A DNA stretch of 64,000 bases from Candidatus Sericytochromatia bacterium (lineage in GTDB: Bacteria; Cyanobacteriota; Sericytochromatia; S15B-MN24; UBA4093): contig JAKFCT010000015.1 of the NCBI GenBank assembly GCA_036676495.1, positions 1-64,000 of the forward strand, given 5' to 3'. A program made the translations under genes and the position numbers. Within the stretch, counting starts at the first letter, position 1, and each line of letters begins with the position of its first letter. Positions 17,923 through 27,688 of the stretch are shown piece by piece. The notes under the pieces are model-generated. The model was not told where the DNA came from. It made no database searches and saw nothing but the letters and a program-made list of their open reading frames with translations.

Positions 17923-17966
17923 GAAAAAGAGGAGCAGGGCATTGGGCCTGCGGCCAATGCCCTGCT
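17923..17966 (-). terminator. Hairpin/terminator between aldolase and SDR genes
   Basis: 13-bp perfect stem agcagggcattgg/ccaatgccctgct followed on the minus strand by CCTCTTTTT. Confidence 0.65.
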
Positions 17967-17984
17967 TACCAAGATCAGTGCGCT

Positions 17985-18815
17985 TTAGACGCGGGAAACC
18001 AGTTCCACCTGGCCTGCATCCACCGCCTCGATCGATTTGCGGTAGCGCTCTTCGAGCATCGCCAAGCGCGTATCGTCCTCGCGGTGAATCGCCCCGTAGT
18101 AGTTCTTCTTGTTCTTGAGCCAGAGCAGTTCGAACTCGACAGCCTTGAGGAAGGCCTTCTCGGGGTTGTTCAAGGCACCGGGGCAGCCGAAGACCACCTT
18201 GCGGGTCTCGAAGCGATCGAGGTAACCTTCGGGGAAGGCCTTGAAGAAGGGCAGCGAGTGGACCGACACCCCACCGCCGACGACCACTTCGAGACCGGCG
18301 GCCTTGGCCTTGGCGGCAGCCTCGAGGGCGATATCCAGGACTTCCTTGTCGTTGATGGCCTCGCGACCCAGGCCCATCGAGCCCGAGAGGTCGACGCGAC
18401 CGATAACGACGCCGCGAAGCTTGCCAATCTCGGGAAGCTTGAGCATCTCATCGAAATTCCGGCAAGCCGTGATGGTCTCGAGGTTGATCAGGAAGTGAAC
18501 GTCCTCTTGGTCTTCCTCGGAGAACGCGATGTTGATGGCCCCCAGGTACTTCTTGAGGGCGTAGGGCGTTTCGACCATGGGGGCGACGACGTGAACCACG
18601 CCGAGGCTGGCGGCTTCGAACATGTCCTTGATGGCTTCGCAGCCGCCGATCTTGAGGGTCAATCCCAGGCCAGCCTTCAAGCTGACTTCCTTGAGGCGCA
18701 TCGCCTCTTCCATGCGGGTACCCTCAGCCTCGAACTCGGCCTTGACCCCGATGACGTGGTAGTTCTCCTTGAGATCCTTCAGGATGTCAACCATCCGTTT
18801 TTCAAGTCGGTTCAT
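17985..18815 (-). CDS. HpcH/HpaI aldolase / citrate lyase beta-family protein
   Basis: KAEFEAEG, KIGGCEA, APMVET, INLET, IGRVDL TIM-barrel motifs. Confidence 0.75.
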   Translation of the reverse strand: MNRLEKRMVDILKDLKENYHVIGVKAEFEAEGTRMEEAMRLKEVSLKAGLGLTLKIGGCEAIKDMFEAASLGVVHVVAPMVETPYALKKYLGAINIAFSEEDQEDVHFLINLETITACRNFDEMLKLPEIGKLRGVVIGRVDLSGSMGLGREAINDKEVLDIALEAAAKAKAAGLEVVVGGGVSVHSLPFFKAFPEGYLDRFETRKVVFGCPGALNNPEKAFLKAVEFELLWLKNKKNYYGAIHREDDTRLAMLEERYRKSIEAVDAGQVELVSRV

Positions 18816-18957
18816 CTCAATCGTGTCCTTTTAAACTAGGGGGCCAGGGGGCCCCGAGGCTGGCTGCTAGGCCAAGTGTAAACCAAAGCGTCTCAAATAT
18901 CCAACCAAATGGTCGCCATTCCTGGATCAGGAAGGCCCCCATCTTGGGCAACCTTCA

Positions 18958-20769
18958 TCAGACCTCGGCCAAGGGGGTGATCAGCATGTTCTGGAGGAAC
19001 TCCTCACGCTCCAGGAAGGGGAACATGTCCTCGAGCGGGGCCGAGACCATGCGACCGTCGGGAAGGGCCTTCGAGGAGAGCTTGGGCGAGAAGGACTGGC
19101 GAGGATCCAGGATCACCTCGCAGATCCCGGGGCCGTCGCCGTCGAGGGTCTCCCGCACGGCCTGGCGCAGGTCGTCAAGGCGATCGCAGGAGCGGTAGGG
19201 GATCCCATAGGCATGGGCGAGCTTCTCGAAGCTGGGAAAGGTGACGCCGCTGGCTGCGTCGTACCCGACCGAGTTGTCCGGGAAGTAGGTGTTCTGGGTT
19301 TGGCGGATGGAGTGGTAGCCGCCGTTGTTGAGAACGAAGATCTTGACGGGCAGGCGGTTACCGACGACGGTCTGGAGCTCTTGGATGTTCATCTGGATGC
19401 TGCCGTCGCCCGCAAGGCAGATGACTCGCTTGCGGTCGTTGGCGATGCAGGCTCCGATGGCCGCCGGGAGGTCATAGCCCATCGAGGCGGTGCCGGAGTT
19501 GGTGTAAAGGCGCTGACCCTTCTTGATGTCGGCGGCCTGGAAGGTGACGACACAGGCGGTGCCGTCGCCGGCCACGACGACCTCGTCCTCGGGGAGCTCG
19601 GCGAAGAGGGCCTCCGCCATGCAGTAGGGGTTGATGGGGGTCTGCTGCTCGCGGTAGGAGTCCAGGACGACCGGATAGCGATCCTTGCGCTCCCGGCACC
19701 AATCGAGCCACTCGCGGTGGGCCTGCGGGGGAGTATGGGGCTCGGCGGCGAGCAGGCGATCGAGGACGTCCGCGACGTCCGCATGGATGGGCAGATCCGG
19801 GCGGATGGTCGGCTTCTGCAACTCGGCGGCGTCGATGTCCACGATGACCTTGAAGGCCTCGCGGGCGAAGTTCTGCCAGGCGTAACTGATCTGCCGAATG
19901 TTGAGGCGGCAGCCGAGCACCAGGAGGAAGTCAGAGTTCTGGACGGCGAAGTTTCCGGCTCGATCCCCGATCGTCCCGGGCCGCCCGACGTAGTTGGGAT
20001 GAGAGTTCCAGATGAGGTCGTGGGCGTTCCAGGCCGTGACGACCGGGATCCCCCAACGCTCCACGAGGGCCATGAAGGCCTCGTGAGCCTTGCCCAGACG
20101 GATGCCGGAACCGGCGAGGATGACCGGACGCTTCGCAGACTTCAAGCGGCTCAGGAGGTCGGCGATGGGGGCGCTCAGATCATTCCGGGGAGCAGCCGGG
20201 GCGTCCTCGCTGGGGTCGTAGCCCACCAGCTCGGTTTCGTCGATCATGGCTCCCTGGACGTTGAGGGGAATATCAAGCCAGACGGGGCCGGGGCGGCCGG
20301 TGACGGCCAGGTGGAGGGCCTTTTCGAGGTGGTAACGGATGGACTTGGGGTCGATGACCATCTCGGCGTACTTGGTGATGTGAGAGACCATCGGGACGAT
20401 GTCCAGCTCCTGGTCGCCCAGTTGCCTGAGCGGGAGGTCGGTGCTGCGGACGACCGTTTCATACTTCACCTGCCCGGAGATGACGATCATGCCGAGGGAA
20501 TCCTGCCAAGCGCCGAGGACCCCCGTGATGGCATTCGTCCCCCCGGGGCCGGAGGTGACGTTGACGGCAGCGAGGCGGTTGGAGAGGCGATAGTAGCTCT
20601 CGGCGGCGATCGCGCAGGCCTGCTCATGGTGGAAGCAATGGTAAGTGAGGTCGGAGCAGCGGCCGAAGGCGTCATTGAGGTGCATGGCTCCGCCGCCCGT
20701 CACCAGGAAGACATCCCGGATGCCATGCTTGGCGAGCGTCTGAGCGATGTAGTCCGAGACCTTGATCAT
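18958..20769 (-). CDS. Thiamine diphosphate-dependent acetolactate-synthase-like enzyme (YerE-like)
   Basis: HHEQ, VTSGPGGTN, GRPGPVWLDIP, ThDP motif GDGS...NNGGY; located in a CDP-sugar operon. Confidence 0.9.
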   Translation of the reverse strand: MIKVSDYIAQTLAKHGIRDVFLVTGGGAMHLNDAFGRCSDLTYHCFHHEQACAIAAESYYRLSNRLAAVNVTSGPGGTNAITGVLGAWQDSLGMIVISGQVKYETVVRSTDLPLRQLGDQELDIVPMVSHITKYAEMVIDPKSIRYHLEKALHLAVTGRPGPVWLDIPLNVQGAMIDETELVGYDPSEDAPAAPRNDLSAPIADLLSRLKSAKRPVILAGSGIRLGKAHEAFMALVERWGIPVVTAWNAHDLIWNSHPNYVGRPGTIGDRAGNFAVQNSDFLLVLGCRLNIRQISYAWQNFAREAFKVIVDIDAAELQKPTIRPDLPIHADVADVLDRLLAAEPHTPPQAHREWLDWCRERKDRYPVVLDSYREQQTPINPYCMAEALFAELPEDEVVVAGDGTACVVTFQAADIKKGQRLYTNSGTASMGYDLPAAIGACIANDRKRVICLAGDGSIQMNIQELQTVVGNRLPVKIFVLNNGGYHSIRQTQNTYFPDNSVGYDAASGVTFPSFEKLAHAYGIPYRSCDRLDDLRQAVRETLDGDGPGICEVILDPRQSFSPKLSSKALPDGRMVSAPLEDMFPFLEREEFLQNMLITPLAEV

Positions 20770-21743
20770 TTGGCGATACTCCCATTGAGGCTGGGCAAGG
20801 GTTCTTTCAGAGAATCGAAGTTGAGGCGTTCCCGTTCGACCACCATCGGACGCTTGAGCACCTGGGTGTAGATGGCGCCGATGTATTCGCCCAGGATGCC
20901 GGTGAAGAAGAGCTGGACCGAGGCGAAGAAGAAGATGCCGATGAGGATGGGCGCCTGACCGAGCGAGAAGGAGTTCCAGAACACCAACTTGGCGACAAAG
21001 TACCCGAGCGCCACGAGCAGACTCAGGGTCGCGAGCGAGAAGCCCGCCATCGTGGCAAGACGCAGGGGTACCTTCGAGTGGTTGGTAATCCCCAGCATGG
21101 CCATGTCGTAGAGGGTGTAGAAGTTATTCTTGGTGATGCCCCGCTTGCGGGCCGGCTGCTTATAGGTGATCTTGGCACTCTCGAAGCCGAGCTCCGAGAC
21201 CAGGCCTCGGAAATAGGGATAGGGATCGTCGAGGTCACGCACGATCTGGATGACGCGCTGGTCGTAGAGGCCGAAGCCGGTGTTGTTCTTGGTGAGGTTG
21301 ACCTCGGAGACCTTTCCGATGAAGTTGTAGTAGGCCGAGCGGATGGCGAACATGAGCGGGGTTTCCTCGCTCTCGGTCTTGACGCCGAGGACCACCTTGT
21401 AGCCTTGCTCCCACTTTTCGAGGAAGTCCACGATCATCTCGGGGGGATCCTGGAGATCGGAGACCATGAGGATGACCGCATCGCCCTGGGCCTGCATGAG
21501 ACCGTGCATCGGAGAGCGGATATGGCCGAAGTTCCGGACGTTGTAGATCACCTTGACGTTGGGATCGCGCTGGGCCAGATCCCTCAGCTTGGCCTGAGTG
21601 CCGTCGGTCGAGGCATTGTCGATGAAGATCTGCTCGTAGCGGTACTGCGGCAGTCCCTCGAAGACCGCCTTGATGCGCGCGTGGAGTTCATCGACGTTCG
21701 CTTCTTCGTTATAGCAGGGGGTAACGACGGAAATGAGTTTCAA
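20766..21743 (-). CDS. GT2 polyprenyl-phosphate glycosyltransferase (GtrB-like)
   Basis: VTPCYNEE, DNASTD, RNFGH, SDLQDPP, two C-terminal TM helices ending GILGEYIG. Confidence 0.9.
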   Translation of the reverse strand: MKLISVVTPCYNEEANVDELHARIKAVFEGLPQYRYEQIFIDNASTDGTQAKLRDLAQRDPNVKVIYNVRNFGHIRSPMHGLMQAQGDAVILMVSDLQDPPEMIVDFLEKWEQGYKVVLGVKTESEETPLMFAIRSAYYNFIGKVSEVNLTKNNTGFGLYDQRVIQIVRDLDDPYPYFRGLVSELGFESAKITYKQPARKRGITKNNFYTLYDMAMLGITNHSKVPLRLATMAGFSLATLSLLVALGYFVAKLVFWNSFSLGQAPILIGIFFFASVQLFFTGILGEYIGAIYTQVLKRPMVVERERLNFDSLKEPLPSLNGSIAK

Positions 21744-22138
21744 GTTCCCTCCGAAAAGACGAACCGCTTGTTCAAGATGAAGGACAAGAGGGCCATGGGA
21801 AGCAGGAGCGAGGCAGAGGCCAGGTATACGCCAATCCCGGCCCCGAGGAGTAGCTTCAACGAACCGAGGTTGATCAGGTAGAGCAGCGCGTAAACCAGGA
21901 CGAACTTGACGATCAAGCGGTTGTTCCGGTTGGCGAAGACGATTCCCCCGGTGGTCTTGAAGTTGAAGAGAACCCCAGCGATGGTCGAAAGCAGCAACGC
22001 AAGGCTGGGGGGAAGCTTCAGAAAGGTCAAAAGGACGAAGACCGAGTAGCCGAACAGAGTATTCAGGCCGCCGACGAAGAGAAAGAGGATGAAGCGGCGA
22101 TCGAGCCGGGATAACCAGCGGGAAGCTGTGCGCGTCAT
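21740..22138 (-). CDS. gtrA: GtrA-family flippase
   Basis: 132 aa, four TM segments, FLFVGGLNTLFGY ... FILNKRFVF. Confidence 0.85.
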   Translation of the reverse strand: MTRTASRWLSRLDRRFILFLFVGGLNTLFGYSVFVLLTFLKLPPSLALLLSTIAGVLFNFKTTGGIVFANRNNRLIVKFVLVYALLYLINLGSLKLLLGAGIGVYLASASLLLPMALLSFILNKRFVFSEGT

Positions 22139-24300
22139 GGCCTGCTCGGTTCGTCTAGCGTGAAGTTGATAACACGGTAGTAGAGGCGGCGGTGCTCACC
22201 CTGCGGCTGATAGGGCGGAGCGTCGGTCCGGAAGGCGATGATGTTACGCCCCGGCTTGAGGCTCACCACCTTGCTCACCTGAACCGCGCCGCTTCCCATG
22301 GGGATCCCCTCGTCCAACCCGGCTCCCTTCAGGTAAAGCTTGGAGGGAGCCTCGGCTCCGGCCTGGATGTACATCTCGAGCCGGGCCTCGCGCGGGATTC
22401 GGGTGGGGTTCTCGACGTAGAGCTCGGCTTGCTTCTTGGACCAGCGCCAGGAGTTCTGGGGCGCAGGCCCCCAAGTTCCCTCCTCGTAGTGGTAGAAGCC
22501 CTTCCCCCAGGAGACGGCGAGAGGAAAGGCCTCGTTGACCCGATGCTCCCATTCTTCGGGCGACATGCCGGCCGCCAGTCGCTCGCGATGGCTCCGCAGG
22601 TCGAAGAAGCTGAGGCGCTGGTTGGGGCTGACCATCGGAGTCACACCGAGGATGCGCGTCAGGTCGGCCTCCAGTTCGGCCGCGCGATCGGCGTAGCCAA
22701 AGCGATCGATGTAGATGCCGTTGAAGCCGACGAAGGTGAGGGTGTCGACGATCTGAGCGAGCGGCTTGGTGATGAGATTACGTTGCCAGAGATCGGCTGC
22801 CCGGCCCTTCATGCCGCCGTAGCTCCACTTGAGATGCTTGGAGTGGAGGTAGGCACGGTAGAGCTCGTAGTCCTTCAGATCGTGAACCGGGGGATGTTCT
22901 GGGAAGGGGACATAGGGCAGTTGGAAGACCATGGCTCCCTTCGGCAGGGAGGCCTCGATCTGTTGGATGAAGGCCGCGTCGTGACGGAAGTCCTCGCTCG
23001 ATTTGGCATAGGGGGGGACGTAGTAGGCGGTGTTCATATCGAGGATGCCAAGCGTCAGGAGAACGACGAGGAAGGCCTGGAAGGCCATACGTGGCCAGCC
23101 CTGAGGGAAGTAGCGCCGGCGGAGCCATTCCAAGAGGAGGGCCACCTGGAAAAGCGCGAAAAAGGCGATGAAGATACTGATCCGGTTGTAGGCCCGGATG
23201 CTGGGGGAGACGAAGAGGGCAAAGAGGGAGCCAAAGCCACCGATCGTTCCAAGCAGGATGGCTCCGAGGTTAAGGATGGCGAGGCGATGGCTTAAGGAGC
23301 TCGCGACGTGGCGCCCTCTGAGCAGCAAGAAGACCAGGCTGAAGAAGCCGATGGCCCCGATAACGCCCAGGGTCTCCATGTTCTCGTTGGGGAGAGGGAA
23401 GCCGTCGTACTTCCGGGCGACTCGCTCGAGGATAGGCAAGCGATGGCCGCCCTGAGGCAGGACGAGCTGGGTGATCTTCATGGCGAAGATCTCCGCCTCG
23501 GCCGCGCCGCGCACCGCGACATCGGGATTGGGGCCATGCTGGGCGTGATAGAGGAGGGTGGGGGTGATGTTCAGGACGACGCTTCCCGCGATGGCGACGA
23601 TCATCACGCCCGCCGAGACCAGGGTCTTGGGACTTCTGCGGCCGAGGTAGCTGGAGAGGGCCGCCACGCCGAAGAAGAAGCAAGCGAAAAAGGCGTAGTA
23701 GACGCCGGTCGAGCCGATCAGGAGGCATGCGAGCAGGATGAGGGCCGTGCGTAGGCCCCAGCGGAACCTGCCGTCCTGGAAAAAGGGGGGATGTTTGCCC
23801 CAGAGATCGAGCGCGAGCAGGGTGATGATCGGGATCATGTAGTATCCCGAGAGCATGAGATGGGAGACTCCGCGCAGGAAATGAAACGGCAAAAAGGTGA
23901 AGAGCAGGGAACAGACCAGCGCCGTGAAGGTGGAGATCTTGTAGTAGCGCAGTACGAAGAAAGCACTCAAGGCGATCAGGGGGAAGGTGAGGATAAAGAA
24001 GCCGTTGACGACCGCCCCGAAGTTCGGCAGGACCAGCGTGAGCAGCTTGATGAGGAGCATGTGCGCCGTGTCGGCGAGCGGGAAGTCATACACCTCCTGC
24101 TGGAAGGGGGCCCCCAGGTTCGGGTTCCGGAGGTACCAGCCATGGTCTTGCATGGTTTTCACGGACATCGAACTGAAAAGCGCATCCCCGCTGGAGTAGA
24201 GCAGAGGGACCGTGAGGTCCCCCTTCCAGAACTGGAGTACTGCGCTTAGGATGAGGAGGCTGCTGAGGGCGACCAGCGCGTAGGAGAGGATTCGCTTCAC
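22135..24300 (-). CDS. Multi-pass membrane protein, candidate GT-C fold glycosyltransferase with C-terminal soluble domain
   Basis: About 12-13 hydrophobic segments, acidic first loop (SSGDA, YDFP), soluble C-terminal ~270 aa; overlaps gtrA; start set at GTG 24300. Confidence 0.7.
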   Translation of the reverse strand: MKRILSYALVALSSLLILSAVLQFWKGDLTVPLLYSSGDALFSSMSVKTMQDHGWYLRNPNLGAPFQQEVYDFPLADTAHMLLIKLLTLVLPNFGAVVNGFFILTFPLIALSAFFVLRYYKISTFTALVCSLLFTFLPFHFLRGVSHLMLSGYYMIPIITLLALDLWGKHPPFFQDGRFRWGLRTALILLACLLIGSTGVYYAFFACFFFGVAALSSYLGRRSPKTLVSAGVMIVAIAGSVVLNITPTLLYHAQHGPNPDVAVRGAAEAEIFAMKITQLVLPQGGHRLPILERVARKYDGFPLPNENMETLGVIGAIGFFSLVFLLLRGRHVASSLSHRLAILNLGAILLGTIGGFGSLFALFVSPSIRAYNRISIFIAFFALFQVALLLEWLRRRYFPQGWPRMAFQAFLVVLLTLGILDMNTAYYVPPYAKSSEDFRHDAAFIQQIEASLPKGAMVFQLPYVPFPEHPPVHDLKDYELYRAYLHSKHLKWSYGGMKGRAADLWQRNLITKPLAQIVDTLTFVGFNGIYIDRFGYADRAAELEADLTRILGVTPMVSPNQRLSFFDLRSHRERLAAGMSPEEWEHRVNEAFPLAVSWGKGFYHYEEGTWGPAPQNSWRWSKKQAELYVENPTRIPREARLEMYIQAGAEAPSKLYLKGAGLDEGIPMGSGAVQVSKVVSLKPGRNIIAFRTDAPPYQPQGEHRRLYYRVINFTLDEPSRP

Positions 24301-24319
24301 GACGAGCTCCGCCAGGCGA

Positions 24320-25669
24320 CTAGACCGAGAGGTCCGGCGCAACGCCCCTAGAAGCCATGAAGGAGTCAATCACGTCAAGGACGTACTCCATGCGAGGCGC
24401 GTCGATGCCTGGGTAGACCCCGACGATCAGGAAGTCGTTCATGATGCGATCGGTGTTGGTCAGGTCGCCCACGACCCGATGCTGGATGTCCTGGTAAGCA
24501 GGCTGGCGAAGGAGGTTTCCTCCGAAAAGCATGCGAGTCTGAATCTTGGCGTCCTCGAGGTGGCGGACCAACTCCGGGCGCTTGAAGGGAGCGTTCTCCT
24601 TGACCCCGAACAGGAAGCCGAACCAGGAGGGGTCGGTTCCCGGAGTGGCTTCCGGGAGGTCGAGCACGGACTCGTAGCGAGCGAGGGCCTGGCTCAAGGT
24701 CTGCCAGTTTCGCTTGCGAGCCTCGGTGAAGGCGGGCAGCTTCTTCATCTGCTCCAAGCCGATGGCCGCCTGGAGATCCAGGGGCTTGAGGTTATAGCCG
24801 ATGTGCGAGTAGGTGTACTTGTGATCGTAGCCTTCGGGGAGGCTGCCGAGTTGCCAGGAGAAGCGCTTGCAGCAGGTGTTGTCCTTGCCAGAAGGGCACC
24901 AGCAGTCGCGCCCCCAGTCGCGCAGGGACTCGACGGCGCGCTTGAGCAACGGATCACTCGTGAAGACGGCTCCGCCCTCTCCCATGGTGAGATGATGCGG
25001 AGGATAGAAGGACTGGGTGGCCAGGTGGCCGAAGCCGCCGGTATTCTTGCCCTCATAGGTCGAGCCCAACGAATCGCAGTTGTCCTCGATCCACCAGAGG
25101 CCATGCTTCTCGACCACGGCCTTGATGGCGGCAATGTCGTAGGGGTTCCCCAGCGTATGGGCCACCATGATGGCCTTGGTCTTGGGAGTGATCGCCTCTT
25201 CGAGGCGGCTCACATCGATGTTGGCGGTCTTGAGGTCGACGTCGAGGAAAACCGGGACGCAGCCGTACTGGATGATGGGATTGACGGTAGTGGGGAAGCC
25301 CGCCGCGACGGTGATGACTTCGTCTCCGGGCTTGATCCGGCGATCGCCGAGCAAGGGACTCGTCAACGCGGCGAAGGCCAGGAGGTTAGCCGAGGATCCC
25401 GAGTTGACCAGCAGGCAATAACGCGCGCCAACGAACTCGGCGAGCTGCTTTTCGAGCGCCTTGCCATGCTTACCCAGCGTGAGCCAGAAGTCGAGGCTGG
25501 AATCCACGAGGGCGACAATCTCGTTCTGGTCGTAGACCCGTCCCGCATAGGGGACCGAGGTCGTGCCTGCCACGAAGGGCGCAGGGCGGTGCTCCACCTC
25601 GTAGAGTTCCTCTACCAGCCGGGTGATTTCCGCCCGGATGGCTTCCTTGGTGCGGGTTTGAGTGGTCAT
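24320..25669 (-). CDS. rfbH: CDP-4-keto-6-deoxyglucose 3-dehydrase (E1, RfbH/DdhC)
   Basis: NSGSSANL, AAGFPTTVNP, SFYPPHHLTMGEGG (His at the usual Schiff-base Lys position), Fe-S cysteines GRDCWC..DNTC. Confidence 0.93.
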   Translation of the reverse strand: MTTQTRTKEAIRAEITRLVEELYEVEHRPAPFVAGTTSVPYAGRVYDQNEIVALVDSSLDFWLTLGKHGKALEKQLAEFVGARYCLLVNSGSSANLLAFAALTSPLLGDRRIKPGDEVITVAAGFPTTVNPIIQYGCVPVFLDVDLKTANIDVSRLEEAITPKTKAIMVAHTLGNPYDIAAIKAVVEKHGLWWIEDNCDSLGSTYEGKNTGGFGHLATQSFYPPHHLTMGEGGAVFTSDPLLKRAVESLRDWGRDCWCPSGKDNTCCKRFSWQLGSLPEGYDHKYTYSHIGYNLKPLDLQAAIGLEQMKKLPAFTEARKRNWQTLSQALARYESVLDLPEATPGTDPSWFGFLFGVKENAPFKRPELVRHLEDAKIQTRMLFGGNLLRQPAYQDIQHRVVGDLTNTDRIMNDFLIVGVYPGIDAPRMEYVLDVIDSFMASRGVAPDLSV

Positions 25670-25678
25670 GAGGGTCCT

Positions 25679-26683
25679 CTATTGTTTGCTCAGCGCAGGA
25701 AGCGCCTGATTGTTCTCGGAAAGGAAATTGCGGTACCAGCGGATGGTGTGATCCAAGCCCTGCTCCAGGGTGTGCCTCGGATGCCAGTCGAGCATCGTGC
25801 GGGCCTTCTCAGCCGAGAGGTACTGGTGCTTGATCTCGCCGGTCGCCTGATTGAGGACCTGTGGCGCGAGATCCTGGCGGCCCATCAGCTCGGTGATCCG
25901 GTTGACCAGCTCAAGGACGGTGATCTGCAGCTCGTTGCTGAAGTTGAACGCATGGCCGCCGAGCTCAAGGCGGTCCATCGCCTCGGCGAGGTGGAGATAG
26001 GCCTCGACGCCATCCTCGACGAAGAAGTAGTCCCGAATGTAGGAGCCGTCGCTCCGGATGACTGGTTTCTCGTCGTTGAGCAGGGAGCGGATCGTGCCCG
26101 GGATGAGGCGGTTGAAGTTGAGATCACCGGGACCGTAAAGGTTGCCGCAACGGGTGATGCAGACGTTCATGCCGTACGTGTGGTGATACGACTGGGCGAT
26201 GAGATCGGAGCAGGACTTCGAGACATCGTAGGGATGACGCCCGATGAGCGGAGCATCCTCCTGATAAGGAAGAACCTCGTGATCGCCGTAAGCCTTGTCA
26301 CTCGAGGCGAACAGCACTCGCTTGACGGTCGGGACCCGACGGCAGGCCTCGAGGAGCTGCCAAGTGCCCTTGATGTTGGCCTCGAAGGTCGAGAGCGGGC
26401 TGCGGTTGGCGGTTCCGACGATGGTCTGGGCAGCCAGGTGGAAGACGACCTCGATCTCGTACTCGTTGAGAGCCCGCTCGAGCAGGACGTAGTCCTCGAG
26501 GGCGCCGTGCACCACGCTAATCTGCTGGAGCACGCCCTCTTGGGCCAAAAGGGAGCGCGGCACGCTATCGCGGACGAGCCCGACGACGTTGGCCCCCTGC
26601 TCGACGAGGTGACGGGTCAGCGACGAGCCCAAGAGGCCCGTGCAGCCGGTGACGAAGACGTTGCGATTTTTCCAGTGACTCAC
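25679..26683 (-). CDS. rfbG: CDP-glucose 4,6-dehydratase-type SDR
   Basis: [30 protein letters not shown]; GTGA overlap with rfbF; sits between rfbF and rfbH. Confidence 0.82.
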   Translation of the reverse strand: MSHWKNRNVFVTGCTGLLGSSLTRHLVEQGANVVGLVRDSVPRSLLAQEGVLQQISVVHGALEDYVLLERALNEYEIEVVFHLAAQTIVGTANRSPLSTFEANIKGTWQLLEACRRVPTVKRVLFASSDKAYGDHEVLPYQEDAPLIGRHPYDVSKSCSDLIAQSYHHTYGMNVCITRCGNLYGPGDLNFNRLIPGTIRSLLNDEKPVIRSDGSYIRDYFFVEDGVEAYLHLAEAMDRLELGGHAFNFSNELQITVLELVNRITELMGRQDLAPQVLNQATGEIKHQYLSAEKARTMLDWHPRHTLEQGLDHTIRWYRNFLSENNQALPALSKQ

Positions 26684-27540
26684 GAGTGATCTCCAGCAGG
26701 GACAGCAGGAAGGGAGGCAGGAATCTTGCTTTCGAGCTCGATGGACTGGCGATCGCCCCAGACCCGCCACGGAGACTCTCCCGAGGCCCAGAGGTCATTG
26801 AGGAGCTTCGCATCGCGAATGGTGTCCATGCACTGCCAGAAGTCGCTGTGGCGGTAGGCCATGAGCTGATCATCCTGCGCGAGGCGCTCGAGGGGATCCC
26901 GCTCGAAAATGCAGGCATCGTCGCGCTCGAGGTAATCGAAGACGCCCCGGTCGCAGACGAAGAAGCCGCCGTTGATGAACCCCTCTCCCATGTTGGGCTT
27001 CTCGGCGAACGAGGTGATCCGCTCTCCGTCGAACTCCATCGTGCCAAAGCGAGAGGGAGGATGGACGGCGGTCATCGTGGCGAGCTTGCCGTGGGAGTCG
27101 TGGAACGCGAGCAACTTGTGCAGATCGACATTGGAGAGGCCGTCTCCATACGTGAGGCAGAAGCGATCGGCCTGGACGTAGCGCTCGATGCGCTTGATGC
27201 GAGCTCCGGTCATGGCCTCCAGGCCGGTATCGGCCAGGGTGACCTCCCACTGCTCGGGGTGGGACGAGTGGAACTGGACACGCTTCTTCGCCAGATCGAC
27301 GGTGAAGTCGCTGTTCATGGTCTCGTAGTTGTAGAAGTACTCTTTGATGTAGTCGCCGCGGTAGCCGAGGCAGAGGATGAAGCGGTTGAACCCGAAGTGG
27401 GAGTAGTACTTCATCAGGTGCCAGAGGATCGGGCGATCGCCCACCGTGACCATCGGCTTCGGCTTGAACTCGGTTTCTTCACGCAGGCGCGTGCCTTGTC
27501 CGCCGCAAAGAATGACGACCGGGATATCGGAAGGTTTCAT
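26680..27540 (-). CDS. rfbF: Glucose-1-phosphate cytidylyltransferase
   Basis: [45 protein letters not shown]. Confidence 0.95.
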   Translation of the reverse strand: MKPSDIPVVILCGGQGTRLREETEFKPKPMVTVGDRPILWHLMKYYSHFGFNRFILCLGYRGDYIKEYFYNYETMNSDFTVDLAKKRVQFHSSHPEQWEVTLADTGLEAMTGARIKRIERYVQADRFCLTYGDGLSNVDLHKLLAFHDSHGKLATMTAVHPPSRFGTMEFDGERITSFAEKPNMGEGFINGGFFVCDRGVFDYLERDDACIFERDPLERLAQDDQLMAYRHSDFWQCMDTIRDAKLLNDLWASGESPWRVWGDRQSIELESKIPASLPAVPAGDHS

Positions 27541-27688
27541 GCTGTTCTCACTCAAGGGCTCGGCGAATGCATGGGTATCAAAGACAGACGCCCCCTAAAT
27601 CTTAACTGAAAAAGCAAGCAAGAGGCCACGAAGAATTGTTAACGTCGCGCCGAAAGCTCGGCAAAACCTCAAGAAAACGCTTACCATT

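Noticed and set aside
18958-20769. Housekeeping ilvB acetolactate synthase
   Set aside because: No small subunit or ilvC nearby; embedded in and overlapping a CDP-sugar operon.
19213-26689. 552-aa and 736-aa plus-strand ORFs opposite the CDP-sugar operon
   Set aside because: Antisense shadows of strongly biased genes; no recognisable domains.
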